Source: a bacterium | GTDB lineage: Bacteria > Patescibacteriota > Patescibacteriia > 2-12-FULL-60-25 | NCBI GenBank assembly: GCA_021844065.1 | Contig: JAKBUE010000006.1 | Location: 40,477 to 104,476, forward strand | Length of the DNA stretch: 64,000 bases | Direction of reading: 5' to 3' | Part shown: piece after piece, positions 1 to 10,160 of the stretch | How the letters are laid out: each line of letters starts with the position of its first letter | How positions within the stretch are numbered: the first letter of the stretch is position 1 | The notes under the pieces: generated by a model | Told to the model about the DNA's origin: nothing | The model's database searches: none | The model's input: only the letters and a program-made list of their open reading frames with translations | Translations under genes and position numbers: made by a program

Positions 1-1
1 G

Positions 2-1273
2 GTAGTCACTCTCAAGCAAGGAGACTACCACGAGGAAACACTGGGGCGGATCATGTCTGCCGCACCTTTTTTCAAAGCGGTCGAGACGTTCCGCTATGAC
101 GAACAGAATCGTCACACACCCTGCCTGATCACCTGCTCCTCACGCCAGCAGGCATATGACTTGAGCAAATACCTCAATGCCCATCATCCCCGCCACGCGC
201 CGCCGCCGAAACTCATCCTAGGGGATACGTCGGACCGCGAACGAATTCTGGAGTTCTTCGACAAAAACGTCATAGATACCCTGATATCCGTGAACGTTCT
301 GGTTGAAGGATGGGATGCGCCAAGCTGCAAACTCCTCATCGACCTAGCACCATCGCTTTCGGTGGTCAAAGCCACACAGAAATTCTGCCGTGTTCTGACC
401 CGGGACGAGGACAAGGAAGCCCGTATCTTCATGATTTTGCCACGCAACTTAATCAGATCGCCGGTCATGCCTATGGAGCTGTTAGTTCCAGACCTGGAAG
501 GATACGATGCCGGGGACTTGTTGGATGCACGCTCCGCAAAACGTAAAGCTACGGAACTATCGAAGCTCAAACATCATCCACGAACGCATCCCGTAGAAGA
601 TGTCGAACTCAAGTCGCGCATCCTACTGGTACATCGCGTGGAAAAACCCCTACTCAACCCAAAAGACGACGTCCGGATACGCTCTGTCTTTGGCAGCAAC
701 CCGCTGTTCTCACCCTTATACCCATGCAAGTTCTCCGGATTCCGCAATCTGTTTTTCCGGCACGCCCTCTTTACCGGCCGTGCCGACCACCTGTTGCGAC
801 ATCTCGGTTACCGTCCGAGTTCAGCCAGCTACATGCAGATGCTGGCGCGACTATTCCCCTCGGGTGCAGCGAACGTCATTCTCGCCGAAAAAAACCCTTC
901 GGGCGACGACTGTGAGAACGATCGCAGGACGCTCATCGAAGCGACGCTCTCCGGCCTGCCGTCGAACGACACAGAAAAACGGCGCTTCCAGGAAATTTGG
1001 CGCGCTGTAGGAGGACTGTCGGTTACAGACGAGAATCCGGAAGATGACCTTGACCAGCTGCAGATGATAACCGCGCTGCGTCATCTACTTGGTTCATGGC
1101 TCGTGGACGATCCACGACTTAAGGTGCTCCTTCTGCATTACGGCTTCGAAGGAGAAGAACAGAACCTTACCGAGATTGCGGACAACGCCCTCTACTTGCC
1201 TCCAGACGAAGTACGAAAACTCCACCGAGAAGCCCTCATTCTCATAGAAAAAGCGTTGCTGAGCATGGTTTAA
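2..1273 (+). CDS. SF2 helicase C-terminal domain protein, 5'-truncated by the window edge; C-terminal region resembles sigma-70 region 4 HTH
   Basis: The reading frame is open to the window start. Helicase motif V/VI-like segment 'LISVNVLVEGWDAPSCKLLIDLAPSLSVVKATQKFCRVLTR'. The C-terminus 'LTEIADNALYLPPDEVRKLHREALILIEKAL' resembles a sigma region 4 helix-turn-helix. Confidence 0.55.
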   Translation, partial: VVTLKQGDYHEETLGRIMSAAPFFKAVETFRYDEQNRHTPCLITCSSRQQAYDLSKYLNAHHPRHAPPPKLILGDTSDRERILEFFDKNVIDTLISVNVLVEGWDAPSCKLLIDLAPSLSVVKATQKFCRVLTRDEDKEARIFMILPRNLIRSPVMPMELLVPDLEGYDAGDLLDARSAKRKATELSKLKHHPRTHPVEDVELKSRILLVHRVEKPLLNPKDDVRIRSVFGSNPLFSPLYPCKFSGFRNLFFRHALFTGRADHLLRHLGYRPSSASYMQMLARLFPSGAANVILAEKNPSGDDCENDRRTLIEATLSGLPSNDTEKRRFQEIWRAVGGLSVTDENPEDDLDQLQMITALRHLLGSWLVDDPRLKVLLLHYGFEGEEQNLTEIADNALYLPPDEVRKLHREALILIEKALLSMV

Positions 1274-1366
1274 ATCCCACGTCAGCAATACTACCTCATC
1301 CGGCCGCCCCACTCATGGGCGGCCTTCATCATTTAAGGACATCCCTCATTCCTAACCAGGGTATGC

Positions 1367-1999
1367 TTACCCCTTCCTCAACACTATCGCCAGCTCGTCA
1401 ATCAGCATCTTCTCCCCTTCCATGCCCGGCTTTGGCACATCATAACGCAATGGCACCTCCAAATATTGGATTCCGATTTTCGTCAATTCCAGCTGCAATG
1501 AATTCATGTCTACCTTGTGCGTTCCCGGCAACGGAGCGTATCCCGCAGGTGGATCGAAATCCTCTTTGGCGAAAATATGGATCGCCATCCCGCCTGCAGC
1601 CAAGGAATCATAAGAATTCTTGAGTACTTTCGATTGCTTTTCCGGCTCTACGAAACGGACCAGCACATCGCCATATACGACATCGTAAGGACCGCCAGGC
1701 AAAGGTTCGGTCGCATTATGCTGTATCACGCCAGGCACGCCGGAAAGATGTTCCGTTTCCACGTCTATGGTCAATAGCTTGACCGGCCTACCCAAAATGG
1801 ATGAAAAAATCCTCTCATGTTCCGGGACGAACCGCTTGTCGGCGCAACCCAAGACCAAGACCGCCGCCTCCGGGCCGTTCATCCTCGGCAACCCCAATGT
1901 CCCGAACACTTGCCGTAACCCGATCTCCTTGACCTGGACATGTACGGCTATCTCACTATCCGATTTTTCCATGTATTTCTTATGATATTCGTTCAGCAT
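1367..1999 (-). CDS. hypothetical protein (possible Rossmann-fold enzyme)
   Basis: 210-aa ORF, compact spacing to neighbours, no recognisable motif beyond 'VLVLGCADKRF'. Confidence 0.45.
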   Translation of the reverse strand: MLNEYHKKYMEKSDSEIAVHVQVKEIGLRQVFGTLGLPRMNGPEAAVLVLGCADKRFVPEHERIFSSILGRPVKLLTIDVETEHLSGVPGVIQHNATEPLPGGPYDVVYGDVLVRFVEPEKQSKVLKNSYDSLAAGGMAIHIFAKEDFDPPAGYAPLPGTHKVDMNSLQLELTKIGIQYLEVPLRYDVPKPGMEGEKMLIDELAIVLRKG

Positions 2000-2000
2000 A

Positions 2001-2843
2001 TTGGCCTATTTTGATTACCCGGACATTTTAACACATCCTTGGCTCCTTTGGTCTGAAAAGTTTGTTTATGGCCTGTATTTTTGCTATAATCCACGCAATA
2101 TGAACACACCTTTAATCGGCCTTTGGGCTCTTATCCGCGAAACCTGGCAAAGCTTCATCAAGACTTGGAGCCAAACCACTAAAGTCTCGATCTGGTTCGT
2201 CTATATCGGACTGCTGGAATTCGTCGATCTGGCCCTGGTCAAGTTCGTGCCCTGGCTGGCTCCCACCTACCTTCTGATCATCATCCTGGTCAGCGTCGGT
2301 GCGTTATGGGTCACCATCCGCGTCATCCTTTCGGTCCTGCACGAAGAAGACAATAAGCCGCAAGACGATAAAGCCGACCAAAACAAGGCTTGGGTGCTCA
2401 TTCTGCCGATATTATGGATCGCCTCTCTTCAAGTTTTGGTCCTATTCGGGGCTTTCCTGCTTTTCATCATCCCGGGCATCTACCTAGCCATTACGCTTGC
2501 CTTTACCCAACTCGTCGCAGTTGACCAAGGATTAAAAGGCACCAAAGCGCTGGCTGCATCACACAACCTAGTCAAAGGCCATTGGTTCCAGGTCTTGTGG
2601 CGAGTTTTCTTTGGTGGGTTAGTACTCTCGATACCTCCCATGGTGCTCACCATCGTCATCTACGCCATCCTCGGCTTCGCTATCGGCCCGAACCGCTTCA
2701 TGCTGCTCGTAGGCTCCAAAAGCACGGATCCTCTGTTCAGCGGCACCATGACTTTAGTGAGCAGCGTGATGCAAGCCGCTTTCGTCCCGCTCTTCATCAT
2801 CCTCCAAGTCAAGATCTACCGCGCGTTGCAGAAAACCAAATAA
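2001..2843 (+). CDS. hypothetical polytopic membrane protein
   Basis: 280 aa with multiple hydrophobic segments (LLIIILVSVGALWVTIRVILSV, LVLFGAFLLFIIPGIYLAITLAF). Confidence 0.55.
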   Translation: MAYFDYPDILTHPWLLWSEKFVYGLYFCYNPRNMNTPLIGLWALIRETWQSFIKTWSQTTKVSIWFVYIGLLEFVDLALVKFVPWLAPTYLLIIILVSVGALWVTIRVILSVLHEEDNKPQDDKADQNKAWVLILPILWIASLQVLVLFGAFLLFIIPGIYLAITLAFTQLVAVDQGLKGTKALAASHNLVKGHWFQVLWRVFFGGLVLSIPPMVLTIVIYAILGFAIGPNRFMLLVGSKSTDPLFSGTMTLVSSVMQAAFVPLFIILQVKIYRALQKTK

Positions 2844-2846
2844 GCT

Positions 2847-3749
2847 ATGTCTGACAAATCACCCATCGAGCTCCCGAGTTCATCGACTCCGGAGACTAGT
2901 TTTCCGCTACCGCGAGACACGGCACCAGCCTCTGCGGTCAAAACCGAATCAACAAGGTTCGAAGCTGCAGACCATGAACTGATGGAGGAAGTGGTCAAGA
3001 TCGCATCCCTCAAGATGAACCTCACCGTGCCTGCCGAATTCAATCCGCAGAACCAACCTGGTTTCTTCATGTTCACGCACCGTTCCACGGGCAGTCTGGA
3101 TCGCATAGAATTCCCGCCGGAGAATGAATTGGCGCAGATGAAAGTGACCGAATCCCTTGCCGTCCTGCCCAGCGAAGCGGCCGTTTACGAAACGGAAATG
3201 GTCAACGAACAACGGACCGTGACGAAACCCGCCCTCTGGGGGCTCATGCAGAAGAAAGAGACACAGACCGTCCAAGTCCCTAAACAAAAATTCGTACGCA
3301 TGCGTCCTAAGCTCTTCAACGAATACGTCCCGGATGGTGCCGCGGAACCGGCCTACCGTTTCATCTACCAAGCCCAAGACGATGCTGGAGAAGGCCTCTA
3401 TCGCGAACCGTACCAAGGCGGATCAAGACGAGCGCAACTCACCTGCAATCTCGTCTTGCCGGAATCCGTAGCCCTGAAATTGCTGGAACGCATCAAGAGC
3501 AGACCCGAGTTGATCGGCAAGATATTCCAGCTGGCGGCGGAACGGCATTTCGGCATGCCGCAGGAAGCCTACGAAAAAGGCACGCCCGAAACCGACAATA
3601 AACCTCTAGGTCCGCCCTACGAGGCATGGCGCGCCAAAGACGGAGGGACCAGCCGCCTCTATCTGATGGATTTCTCTAAAATCGACGCTACTGCCCGTGC
3701 ACGGATAAAAACCAGTTCCCTTGACCCAAGGAACATCATCGAACACTAA
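2847..3749 (+). CDS. hypothetical protein
   Basis: 300-aa ORF starting 4 nt after the preceding stop; protein-like composition. Confidence 0.5.
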   Translation: MSDKSPIELPSSSTPETSFPLPRDTAPASAVKTESTRFEAADHELMEEVVKIASLKMNLTVPAEFNPQNQPGFFMFTHRSTGSLDRIEFPPENELAQMKVTESLAVLPSEAAVYETEMVNEQRTVTKPALWGLMQKKETQTVQVPKQKFVRMRPKLFNEYVPDGAAEPAYRFIYQAQDDAGEGLYREPYQGGSRRAQLTCNLVLPESVALKLLERIKSRPELIGKIFQLAAERHFGMPQEAYEKGTPETDNKPLGPPYEAWRAKDGGTSRLYLMDFSKIDATARARIKTSSLDPRNIIEH

Positions 3750-3809
3750 GCGCTGGCCGGAAACGGCCCGCGCTTTCATTTTTAGCCTCTTAATGTAAAC
3801 TAATCGGGT

Positions 3810-5345
3810 ATGAAACTTATCCCCATCATCGGACTCGAGGTCCATGCCCAGCTCAAGACGGAATCCAAGATGTTCTGTACTTGCCCCAATGTCGGTGATT
3901 CCGCTCCTCCGAATACCGCCATCTGCCCCATCTGCACCGGCCAGCCCGGAGCCCTGCCGGCGCTGAACGAAAAAGCACTCGAACTCGGGGTCAAAGTCGG
4001 CATCGCCCTGAACTGCGTCATCCCCGACAAAGCCGTCTTCGACCGGAAGAATTATTTCTATCCTGACCTGCCCAAGGGCTATCAGATTTCCCAGTTCCAC
4101 TTCCCTATCGCCTTGAACGGCAGCATCGAAATCGATGTTCCGGGTCAAAAACCACCGCGTGACAGGATAACCATCGGCATCACTCGCGCCCACCTCGAGG
4201 AAGATGCCGCGAAGAATTTCCACGCCGGTGGAGATGAACATGCGACCTACGTCGATTTCAACCGCTCCAGTACACCGCTCATCGAGATCGTGACCGAGCC
4301 CGATATCCGTTCGGCGCTCGAAGCCAAGACCTATCTGCAGGAACTGCGCGCCATCCTCCGCACCATCGGCGCTTCTGACGCGGACATGGAGAAAGGTCAG
4401 ATGCGCTGCGACGCCAACATTTCGCTCCTCGCAGTGGATGACGCCAACATGCCGTTACAGAGCACGCTTAATCCGAAGATCGAAGTCAAGAACCTCAACT
4501 CTTTCCGTGCCGTCGAACGCGCTTTGGAATACGAGATAAAACGCCAAACCAAACTCTACGAATCCGATCTGCTGCCTGTCGGATCCACCAGGGGTTGGGA
4601 CGAGAACAAGGGCGAGACGTTCGAACAGCGCACCAAAGAGACGTCAGCGGATTACCGCTACTTCCCGGAACCTGATCTGCCGCCACAAGAGATGGTCGCT
4701 TTGCGCGAAAAATGGGAAGGCCGTCTGCCGGAACTGCCTGCCGCGAAAAGATCGCGTCTGCAGGAAGAATTCTGGTTCACCCCTGCCGACGCCGCTTTCC
4801 TCGTGGCGAACGACGGTTGGGCCGATTACGCCGAACACGTCATGGGTGAGCTCGGAAGCTGGTTGGAGGCGACTGACGATTCAGACGCTTCTGGCGGAGA
4901 ACTGATGGACGAAAACAAGAAAAAAATCGCCAAACTGGCAGGTGGATGGCTGACCTCGAAACTCGCCGGTCTGATGGCCGAACGCAATATGCAGATCGCG
5001 GATCTGAAGATCGAAGCGGAAGATTTCGCCGAGTTCCTGAAAATCCTCTATAACGGCGAGATCAACAGTTCGAACGGACAGAAATTGCTGCAGCTCATGG
5101 TGGACAACGGCGGTGACCCATCGCACATCATGGAAGAACACAACCTGGGCCAGAACATGCCGGAGGAAGAACTCAAATCCATCGTGGAACGGACCATCCT
5201 CGAGAATCCCGACAAAATCGAACAGATCAAAGCCGGAAAAGTCGCCGTACTCAAATGGTTCGTGGGCACCATCATGAAAGCCACCGAAGGCCGCGCGAAT
5301 CCCAAGAAAGTCGAGGATGAGATAAACCGTAAACTTTCGCTCTAG
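3810..5345 (+). CDS. gatB: Asp/Glu-tRNA(Asn/Gln) amidotransferase subunit B
   Basis: N-terminus 'IIGLEVHAQLKTESKMFCTCPN...YFYPDLPKGYQISQ' is a diagnostic GatB signature; length 511 aa. Confidence 0.95.
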   Translation: MKLIPIIGLEVHAQLKTESKMFCTCPNVGDSAPPNTAICPICTGQPGALPALNEKALELGVKVGIALNCVIPDKAVFDRKNYFYPDLPKGYQISQFHFPIALNGSIEIDVPGQKPPRDRITIGITRAHLEEDAAKNFHAGGDEHATYVDFNRSSTPLIEIVTEPDIRSALEAKTYLQELRAILRTIGASDADMEKGQMRCDANISLLAVDDANMPLQSTLNPKIEVKNLNSFRAVERALEYEIKRQTKLYESDLLPVGSTRGWDENKGETFEQRTKETSADYRYFPEPDLPPQEMVALREKWEGRLPELPAAKRSRLQEEFWFTPADAAFLVANDGWADYAEHVMGELGSWLEATDDSDASGGELMDENKKKIAKLAGGWLTSKLAGLMAERNMQIADLKIEAEDFAEFLKILYNGEINSSNGQKLLQLMVDNGGDPSHIMEEHNLGQNMPEEELKSIVERTILENPDKIEQIKAGKVAVLKWFVGTIMKATEGRANPKKVEDEINRKLSL

Positions 5346-5354
5346 TGTTTTGGT

Positions 5355-5747
5355 ATGGAAAAAGTCAAGCTCGAGCCAGACATAAAAGCCGAACAGCCTA
5401 AAAGTTTCGACAGTTTCGACGACATACCTAAGGATCCGAAGCAAGAGGGTTTGCGCCCTGACCGGCAGTACGCTGGCGGTCCTCCTGACGAAACGATCAG
5501 CGTCGCTGGCAAAAAATACAAAAAACAAGCCGCCCTTACCGCATACATCAGGGACTTCACCGGCCAAACGGCACAAACCAGGCCTTATACGGAAAAAGAA
5601 TATTATTCCCACTCGACCGAAGGTGTCGGACCGGGACCTGGATGGGACTTCAGACGTGGATACATGAAAGACGGATGGGGTATCGATGATGGCGACCCCT
5701 CCCGCTTATCAGACCTTCCTCTTTACGAACTAGTGCCCGTAGAATGA
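5355..5747 (+). CDS. hypothetical protein
   Basis: 130-aa ORF directly after gatB. Confidence 0.4.
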   Translation: MEKVKLEPDIKAEQPKSFDSFDDIPKDPKQEGLRPDRQYAGGPPDETISVAGKKYKKQAALTAYIRDFTGQTAQTRPYTEKEYYSHSTEGVGPGPGWDFRRGYMKDGWGIDDGDPSRLSDLPLYELVPVE

Positions 5748-5755
5748 TCGAAAGA

Positions 5756-6715
5756 TCATCCGCACAACGTGCCGTAATAACCTAACCATTCCCCCACGGC
5801 CTTAACGGCTTCGTCTTTTTCTTTGAACCAAAGGATCCGCTTGTCGCGCTTGAACCAAGTCTCCTGCCTCTTCGCATAACGATGCACGGATCGCTTGGTC
5901 AGCTCCACCGCTTTTTCGAAGGACTCTTCGCCTTTGATGTATTTCAAGAGCTCCCTATAACCGATCGAGGTCATGGCCGGGGCGGATTCCGCTATGCCCT
6001 TGTCTTGTGCTTTACGTATCTCTTCGACCCATCCTTCCTGCAGCATGTTGTCGATAGATCTGTCGATCCTGGCATAGAGCTCTTCACGCGAACGCTTGAT
6101 GCCGACCTGCAGGGCTTCGACCAAGGGTTTACCTATTTTTTTCTGTTTGGTGAACGGTTTGCCCGAAAATGTAGCCACTTCCAACGCCCTGATCACCCGC
6201 CGCGGGTTCTTGAGGTCAACGGCTTGCGACGCATCCGAATCCAACTTCAGGAGCAGATCGACAAGTTCCGACAATGGTTTTTTTTCGTACGCCGCCCTTA
6301 GGGCCGGTTGCGGCGGGATCTGCGGAAACGAATAATTATCGACTAATGACTTTATATATAGTCCGGTTCCGCCGACTATCAGCGGTATGTGCTTCCGCTT
6401 GCTGATCCCACGTATCGCCTTCATCGCCTTGTCGCGCCATTCGGTCACGGTGAACATCTTTTCCGGCTCCAAGAAGTCCATCAGATAATGCGGGACTTCT
6501 TGCACCATGAAGGCGCGTTGCCCTTCGTACTTGCCTCGTTTACCCGAGGGCTTGCCTGTACCGATATCGAATCCCTTGAATATCTGGCGTGAGTCGGCAT
6601 TTATGACTTCCCCGTCAAAAGACTTAGCCAAGGCTAAACCTAAATCGGTTTTTCCGGCTGATGTCGGACCGACCACGCAGACCACTCTGGGCAATGCTTT
6701 GGCCACCCTGCTCAT
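5756..6715 (-). CDS. miaA: tRNA dimethylallyltransferase
   Basis: P-loop 'VVCVVGPTSAGKTDLGLALAKSFDGEVINADSRQIFKGFDIGTGKP' is a typical MiaA N-terminus. Confidence 0.9.
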   Translation of the reverse strand: MSRVAKALPRVVCVVGPTSAGKTDLGLALAKSFDGEVINADSRQIFKGFDIGTGKPSGKRGKYEGQRAFMVQEVPHYLMDFLEPEKMFTVTEWRDKAMKAIRGISKRKHIPLIVGGTGLYIKSLVDNYSFPQIPPQPALRAAYEKKPLSELVDLLLKLDSDASQAVDLKNPRRVIRALEVATFSGKPFTKQKKIGKPLVEALQVGIKRSREELYARIDRSIDNMLQEGWVEEIRKAQDKGIAESAPAMTSIGYRELLKYIKGEESFEKAVELTKRSVHRYAKRQETWFKRDKRILWFKEKDEAVKAVGEWLGYYGTLCG

Positions 6716-6719
6716 GCCT

Positions 6720-8069
6720 TCATGATAACAATCTGCCCATTAAACGCCATGTCTGTGCCTCAAAAATATGTACGGGGACGATTTTACCCACCAATGATGT
6801 ATCCTCGGAGTCGAAAACTGTGAGTTTCAGGTGCTCGGAATTCCCGCTCGCTTTACCGTTCTCGACCTTCTCAACCAACACCTTAACAACCTTATCCACA
6901 TAGGCCTGGTTTTTTGCCAAGACCGTCTTTTCCATGAGCATCTGCAGATCGTTCCATCGATCACGCTTTACCTCCGTAGGCACGTCATCTTCGTATAGTT
7001 TAACCGCCAAAGTCCCGCTCCTTTCGCTATACTGCGCGGTATAAGAAATATCGAATGCGCATCTTTCGTACAGATCGACGGTCTCCGCGAACTCTGCATC
7101 CGTCTCTCCGCAAAAACCCACGATGATGTCGGTGCCTAAAGCCAGATCCGGCTGGCGAGACCTGATCTTGTCCACTATTCCTAGATATTGATCGCGTGAA
7201 TATTTCCTGTTCATCCTTTTAAGCACGGTGTCGGAACCCGCCTGCACCGGAAGATGCAGGAAACGCACCTGCTTTGGGAGACCTAAAGCGTCTATCACCT
7301 CATCCGTCATGTTCGATGGATACGCCGCCGTCCAATTCAGTCTCTCGAGTTTCTTTATCTGATTGATTTCCCACAAGAGCGCCGCGAAATGGTCGCTGTA
7401 TGGATTCCCCTCCGAAAAATTTTCCGGATCAGGCGCACGATATGCATTTACCGCCTGACCAAGCAAAGTCACTTCCAATACCCCAGCATCCGCCAACTCT
7501 CTCGTTTCACGCAGGACATCTTTCACCGATCTGTTGCTCTCCAGCCCGCGCGCGTAGGGAACGACGCAATAAGTGCAGAAATTATTGCACCCTGTCTGTA
7601 TAGTCACATAAGCCTGCGCCGAAGGAAGACGTAAAGGTCTTATCTTGAGATAATCCGTTTCCGTCCCGCTTCCGTTGACCAATTCCGGCCGCAACTCCGC
7701 GATCCAGCGTGGCAAGTTGACCATGTCGCGAGTCGGAAAGAACAAATCCACATACTGCAGGCGTTTCCTTAGCGCTCCATCGTGGTCCCTTCCGGCCATG
7801 CATCCGGTGACGGCGACGATCAATCCAGGGTTCGTTTCCTTCAGCTCCTTATAATCCTTCATCTTACCGAAAATCCTTTCCTCTGCGCTTTGCCTGACGG
7901 AGCAGGTGTTCATCAGGATCAGGTCGGCCTCGGCCTCGGCCTCCGTCGCGCTGAATCCGATCTCTGACAGCAAACCGGCGATCCTTTCGGAATCGTTCTT
8001 GTTCATCTGACAGCCGAAGGTGACGATATGGTATTTAGGCATGCAGTTACGGTTGATGAAAACTATCAC
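6720..8069 (-). CDS. miaB: tRNA-i6A37 methylthiotransferase (radical SAM)
   Basis: 'YHIVTFGCQMNKNDSE...LILMNTCSVR' is the MiaB MTTase N-domain, followed by a radical-SAM 'CNNFCTYC'. The true start is probably MPKY at about 8039. It is adjacent to miaA. Confidence 0.9.
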   Translation of the reverse strand: MIVFINRNCMPKYHIVTFGCQMNKNDSERIAGLLSEIGFSATEAEAEADLILMNTCSVRQSAEERIFGKMKDYKELKETNPGLIVAVTGCMAGRDHDGALRKRLQYVDLFFPTRDMVNLPRWIAELRPELVNGSGTETDYLKIRPLRLPSAQAYVTIQTGCNNFCTYCVVPYARGLESNRSVKDVLRETRELADAGVLEVTLLGQAVNAYRAPDPENFSEGNPYSDHFAALLWEINQIKKLERLNWTAAYPSNMTDEVIDALGLPKQVRFLHLPVQAGSDTVLKRMNRKYSRDQYLGIVDKIRSRQPDLALGTDIIVGFCGETDAEFAETVDLYERCAFDISYTAQYSERSGTLAVKLYEDDVPTEVKRDRWNDLQMLMEKTVLAKNQAYVDKVVKVLVEKVENGKASGNSEHLKLTVFDSEDTSLVGKIVPVHIFEAQTWRLMGRLLS

Positions 8070-8141
8070 ACTTCTAATCCCATGGCCAGGACCGATTCAA
8101 CCCGTGTATAATGATCGATGGCACTAACAAAAAGGAGACCC

Positions 8142-8579
8142 ATGGGAACTTTCGTCAGGTGCCCCCAGTGCGATCAATTCCTCGTACCCATATCGCACAT
8201 CTGCGTCAACCCGAAGTGCAGCACCAATCGGCCGACGGACAGGCCGCGCACCAGCAAGCCCAGCGCCGAAGATGCGCAGACCGCCAGCCAAGCGCCCACG
8301 AATCCGTGCAAACTTTGTCACAAGAGCATGCCGGAGAATGCGCGCTACTGCCCCTACTGCCGAGCACCCGCCAGACCATCGGCTACGGCCGCCTATCACA
8401 TCTTGGACAACACAAGATTCATTCCTCCGCCACTGCCGCGGATCGAGGAGGACGACGCCGATGACGACGACGCTCCGCCCACCCCGCGCGACTCCGGACA
8501 AAGTGGATTCCGCAAAAAATTCACGGCGCCGGACGTGCACGAACTGGAGGCCTCATGCGGCGGCAAAAAAGGCCGTTGA
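8142..8579 (+). CDS. double zinc-ribbon domain protein
   Basis: 'CPQCDQF...CVNPKC' and 'CKLCHKS...CPYCRAP'. SD AAGGAG sits 6 nt upstream of the ATG at 8142. GC-rich patch with overlapping alternative ORFs in other frames. Confidence 0.5.
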   Translation: MGTFVRCPQCDQFLVPISHICVNPKCSTNRPTDRPRTSKPSAEDAQTASQAPTNPCKLCHKSMPENARYCPYCRAPARPSATAAYHILDNTRFIPPPLPRIEEDDADDDDAPPTPRDSGQSGFRKKFTAPDVHELEASCGGKKGR

Positions 8580-8646
8580 CCGCACTCGGTCCTACCCTTG
8601 ACCCGCCCCTCTCCTGGCGGGTCGCACTTTAGGCTATAATATCCGC

Positions 8647-8814
8647 ATGCCCATCACCGCCGAACAGAAAGTCGCCATCAAAAAAATCCTTGCCGGATAT
8701 CATCGACGTACGAAGCAGATCGTGCATGACTTCAGGCACAAGGCAGTCAAGGCAGTGGAAGAGGTCGATCGACGCAAAGTGGAAGGTATCAAAGAAAAGA
8801 TCCAGACGGTCTGA
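8647..8814 (+). CDS. small hypothetical protein (55 aa)
   Basis: ORF MPITAEQKVAIKKILAGYHRRTKQIVHDFRHKAVKAVEEVDRRKVEGIKEKIQTV; a TATAAT sits at 8635-8640 just upstream (possibly leaderless); followed by a terminator. Confidence 0.3.
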   Translation: MPITAEQKVAIKKILAGYHRRTKQIVHDFRHKAVKAVEEVDRRKVEGIKEKIQTV

Positions 8815-8818
8815 AGAC

Positions 8819-8856
8819 CATCATCCCGGGACAAGACCCGGGATGATTTTTATTTC
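8819..8856. terminator. bidirectional rho-independent terminator
   Basis: hairpin catcccggg-acaaga-cccgggatg followed by a T-run; lies between convergent genes. Confidence 0.6.
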
Positions 8857-10124
8857 TTCAGTTCCTCTTCTATCGCCAACAGTCGGTTGTACTTTTCCAC
8901 CCTTTCAGAGCGGGATAACGAACCCGTCTTGATATGTTCCGCCCCGCTTGCGACGGACAGATCGGCGATAAACGTATCGTCCGTTTCGCCGGAACGATGC
9001 GAAACGATGACCGCAAATTTCGCCGCTTGCGCCATCTTGATGGCCTCTACGGTTTCGGTCAACGATCCTATCTGATTCAGCTTAATGAGGATCGCGTTAG
9101 CCGCCTTCTCCTTGATGCCGCGCGCCAACCGTTCGATGTTCGTGACGAAGAAATCATCTCCCACGATCAAAGATTTCTTTCCCAACAAAGGCAAGGATTT
9201 TTTCCATGCTTCCCAATCGTCTTCAGCGAAAGGATCTTCGATCGAGATCAAGGGGTATTTCTTCTGCCACTCCTGATAACGCTTCGTCAATTCATCGGCA
9301 GAATATTCTTTCCCGCCCTCAGCCTTGAAGATATATACCTGGCGCTTCGCGTCATAGAATTCGCTCGAGGCCACGTCCGTCGCGAGCGCGATTTCCGAAC
9401 CCGGCTTGTAGCCAGCTTGCTTTATCGCCCGCACCAGCAACTCGAAAGCGTTCTCGACGGTCTGCAATTTTGGCGCGAATCCTCCTTCATCACCTACCGT
9501 CGTGGCGAATCCGTTCTCTTTGAGCATCTTGGCCAAGACGTGAAAGGTCTCCGCTCCGGCGCGTACTCGCTCCGAAAACTTCTTCTGCAGGGGCATAAGC
9601 ATGCATTCCTGTACGTCCAAAGACCAATCCGCATGCGCTCCGCCGTTCAGTACGTTCATCATCGGTACCGGCAGACCGGCTTTCTTCTTGAATTCGAAAG
9701 TCTGGCGCAAAGATTTCCATAACGGCATCTTGCGGTGTACCGCGACAGCCTCGGCCAACGCTAAAGAGACCGAAAGTATGGCGTTCGCGCCTAAACGTGA
9801 TTTATTCTTCGTGCCGTCCAGCTCGATCATCACATGATCGATGTCCTCTTGTCTTACGGCGTCTATCCCCATCAGGACAGGGGCGATGATTTTATTCACG
9901 TTCTCGACGGCTTTCAACACACCCTTGCCGCCATAACGCTTACCGCCGTCACGCAATTCCAAGGCTTCATGCACGCCTGTCGATGCGCCGGAGGGGACTT
10001 TAGCCTCGGCAGATGCACCAGACTGCAGCGTAACGCGACAGGCTACGGTAGGATTGCCGCGCGAATCCAAGATTTCACGCGCCAAGATAGAAGATATTTT
10101 TGATGATTTCGGCATATTTTTCAT
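8850..10124 (-). CDS. eno: enolase
   Basis: 'ILAREILDSRGNPTVACRV' N-terminus and 'SHRSGETDDTFIADLSVA' active-site region. Confidence 0.95.
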   Translation of the reverse strand: MKNMPKSSKISSILAREILDSRGNPTVACRVTLQSGASAEAKVPSGASTGVHEALELRDGGKRYGGKGVLKAVENVNKIIAPVLMGIDAVRQEDIDHVMIELDGTKNKSRLGANAILSVSLALAEAVAVHRKMPLWKSLRQTFEFKKKAGLPVPMMNVLNGGAHADWSLDVQECMLMPLQKKFSERVRAGAETFHVLAKMLKENGFATTVGDEGGFAPKLQTVENAFELLVRAIKQAGYKPGSEIALATDVASSEFYDAKRQVYIFKAEGGKEYSADELTKRYQEWQKKYPLISIEDPFAEDDWEAWKKSLPLLGKKSLIVGDDFFVTNIERLARGIKEKAANAILIKLNQIGSLTETVEAIKMAQAAKFAVIVSHRSGETDDTFIADLSVASGAEHIKTGSLSRSERVEKYNRLLAIEEELKK

Positions 10125-10160
10125 ACATAATATAACAAACTATCCTCGTCCTGTCCCGAC

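Noticed and set aside
8111-8601. Three additional overlapping ORFs in other frames and strands around the zinc-ribbon gene
   Set aside because: Only the frame with CxxC pairs and an SD-preceded start was kept. The others are GC-driven open frames with P/R-rich composition.
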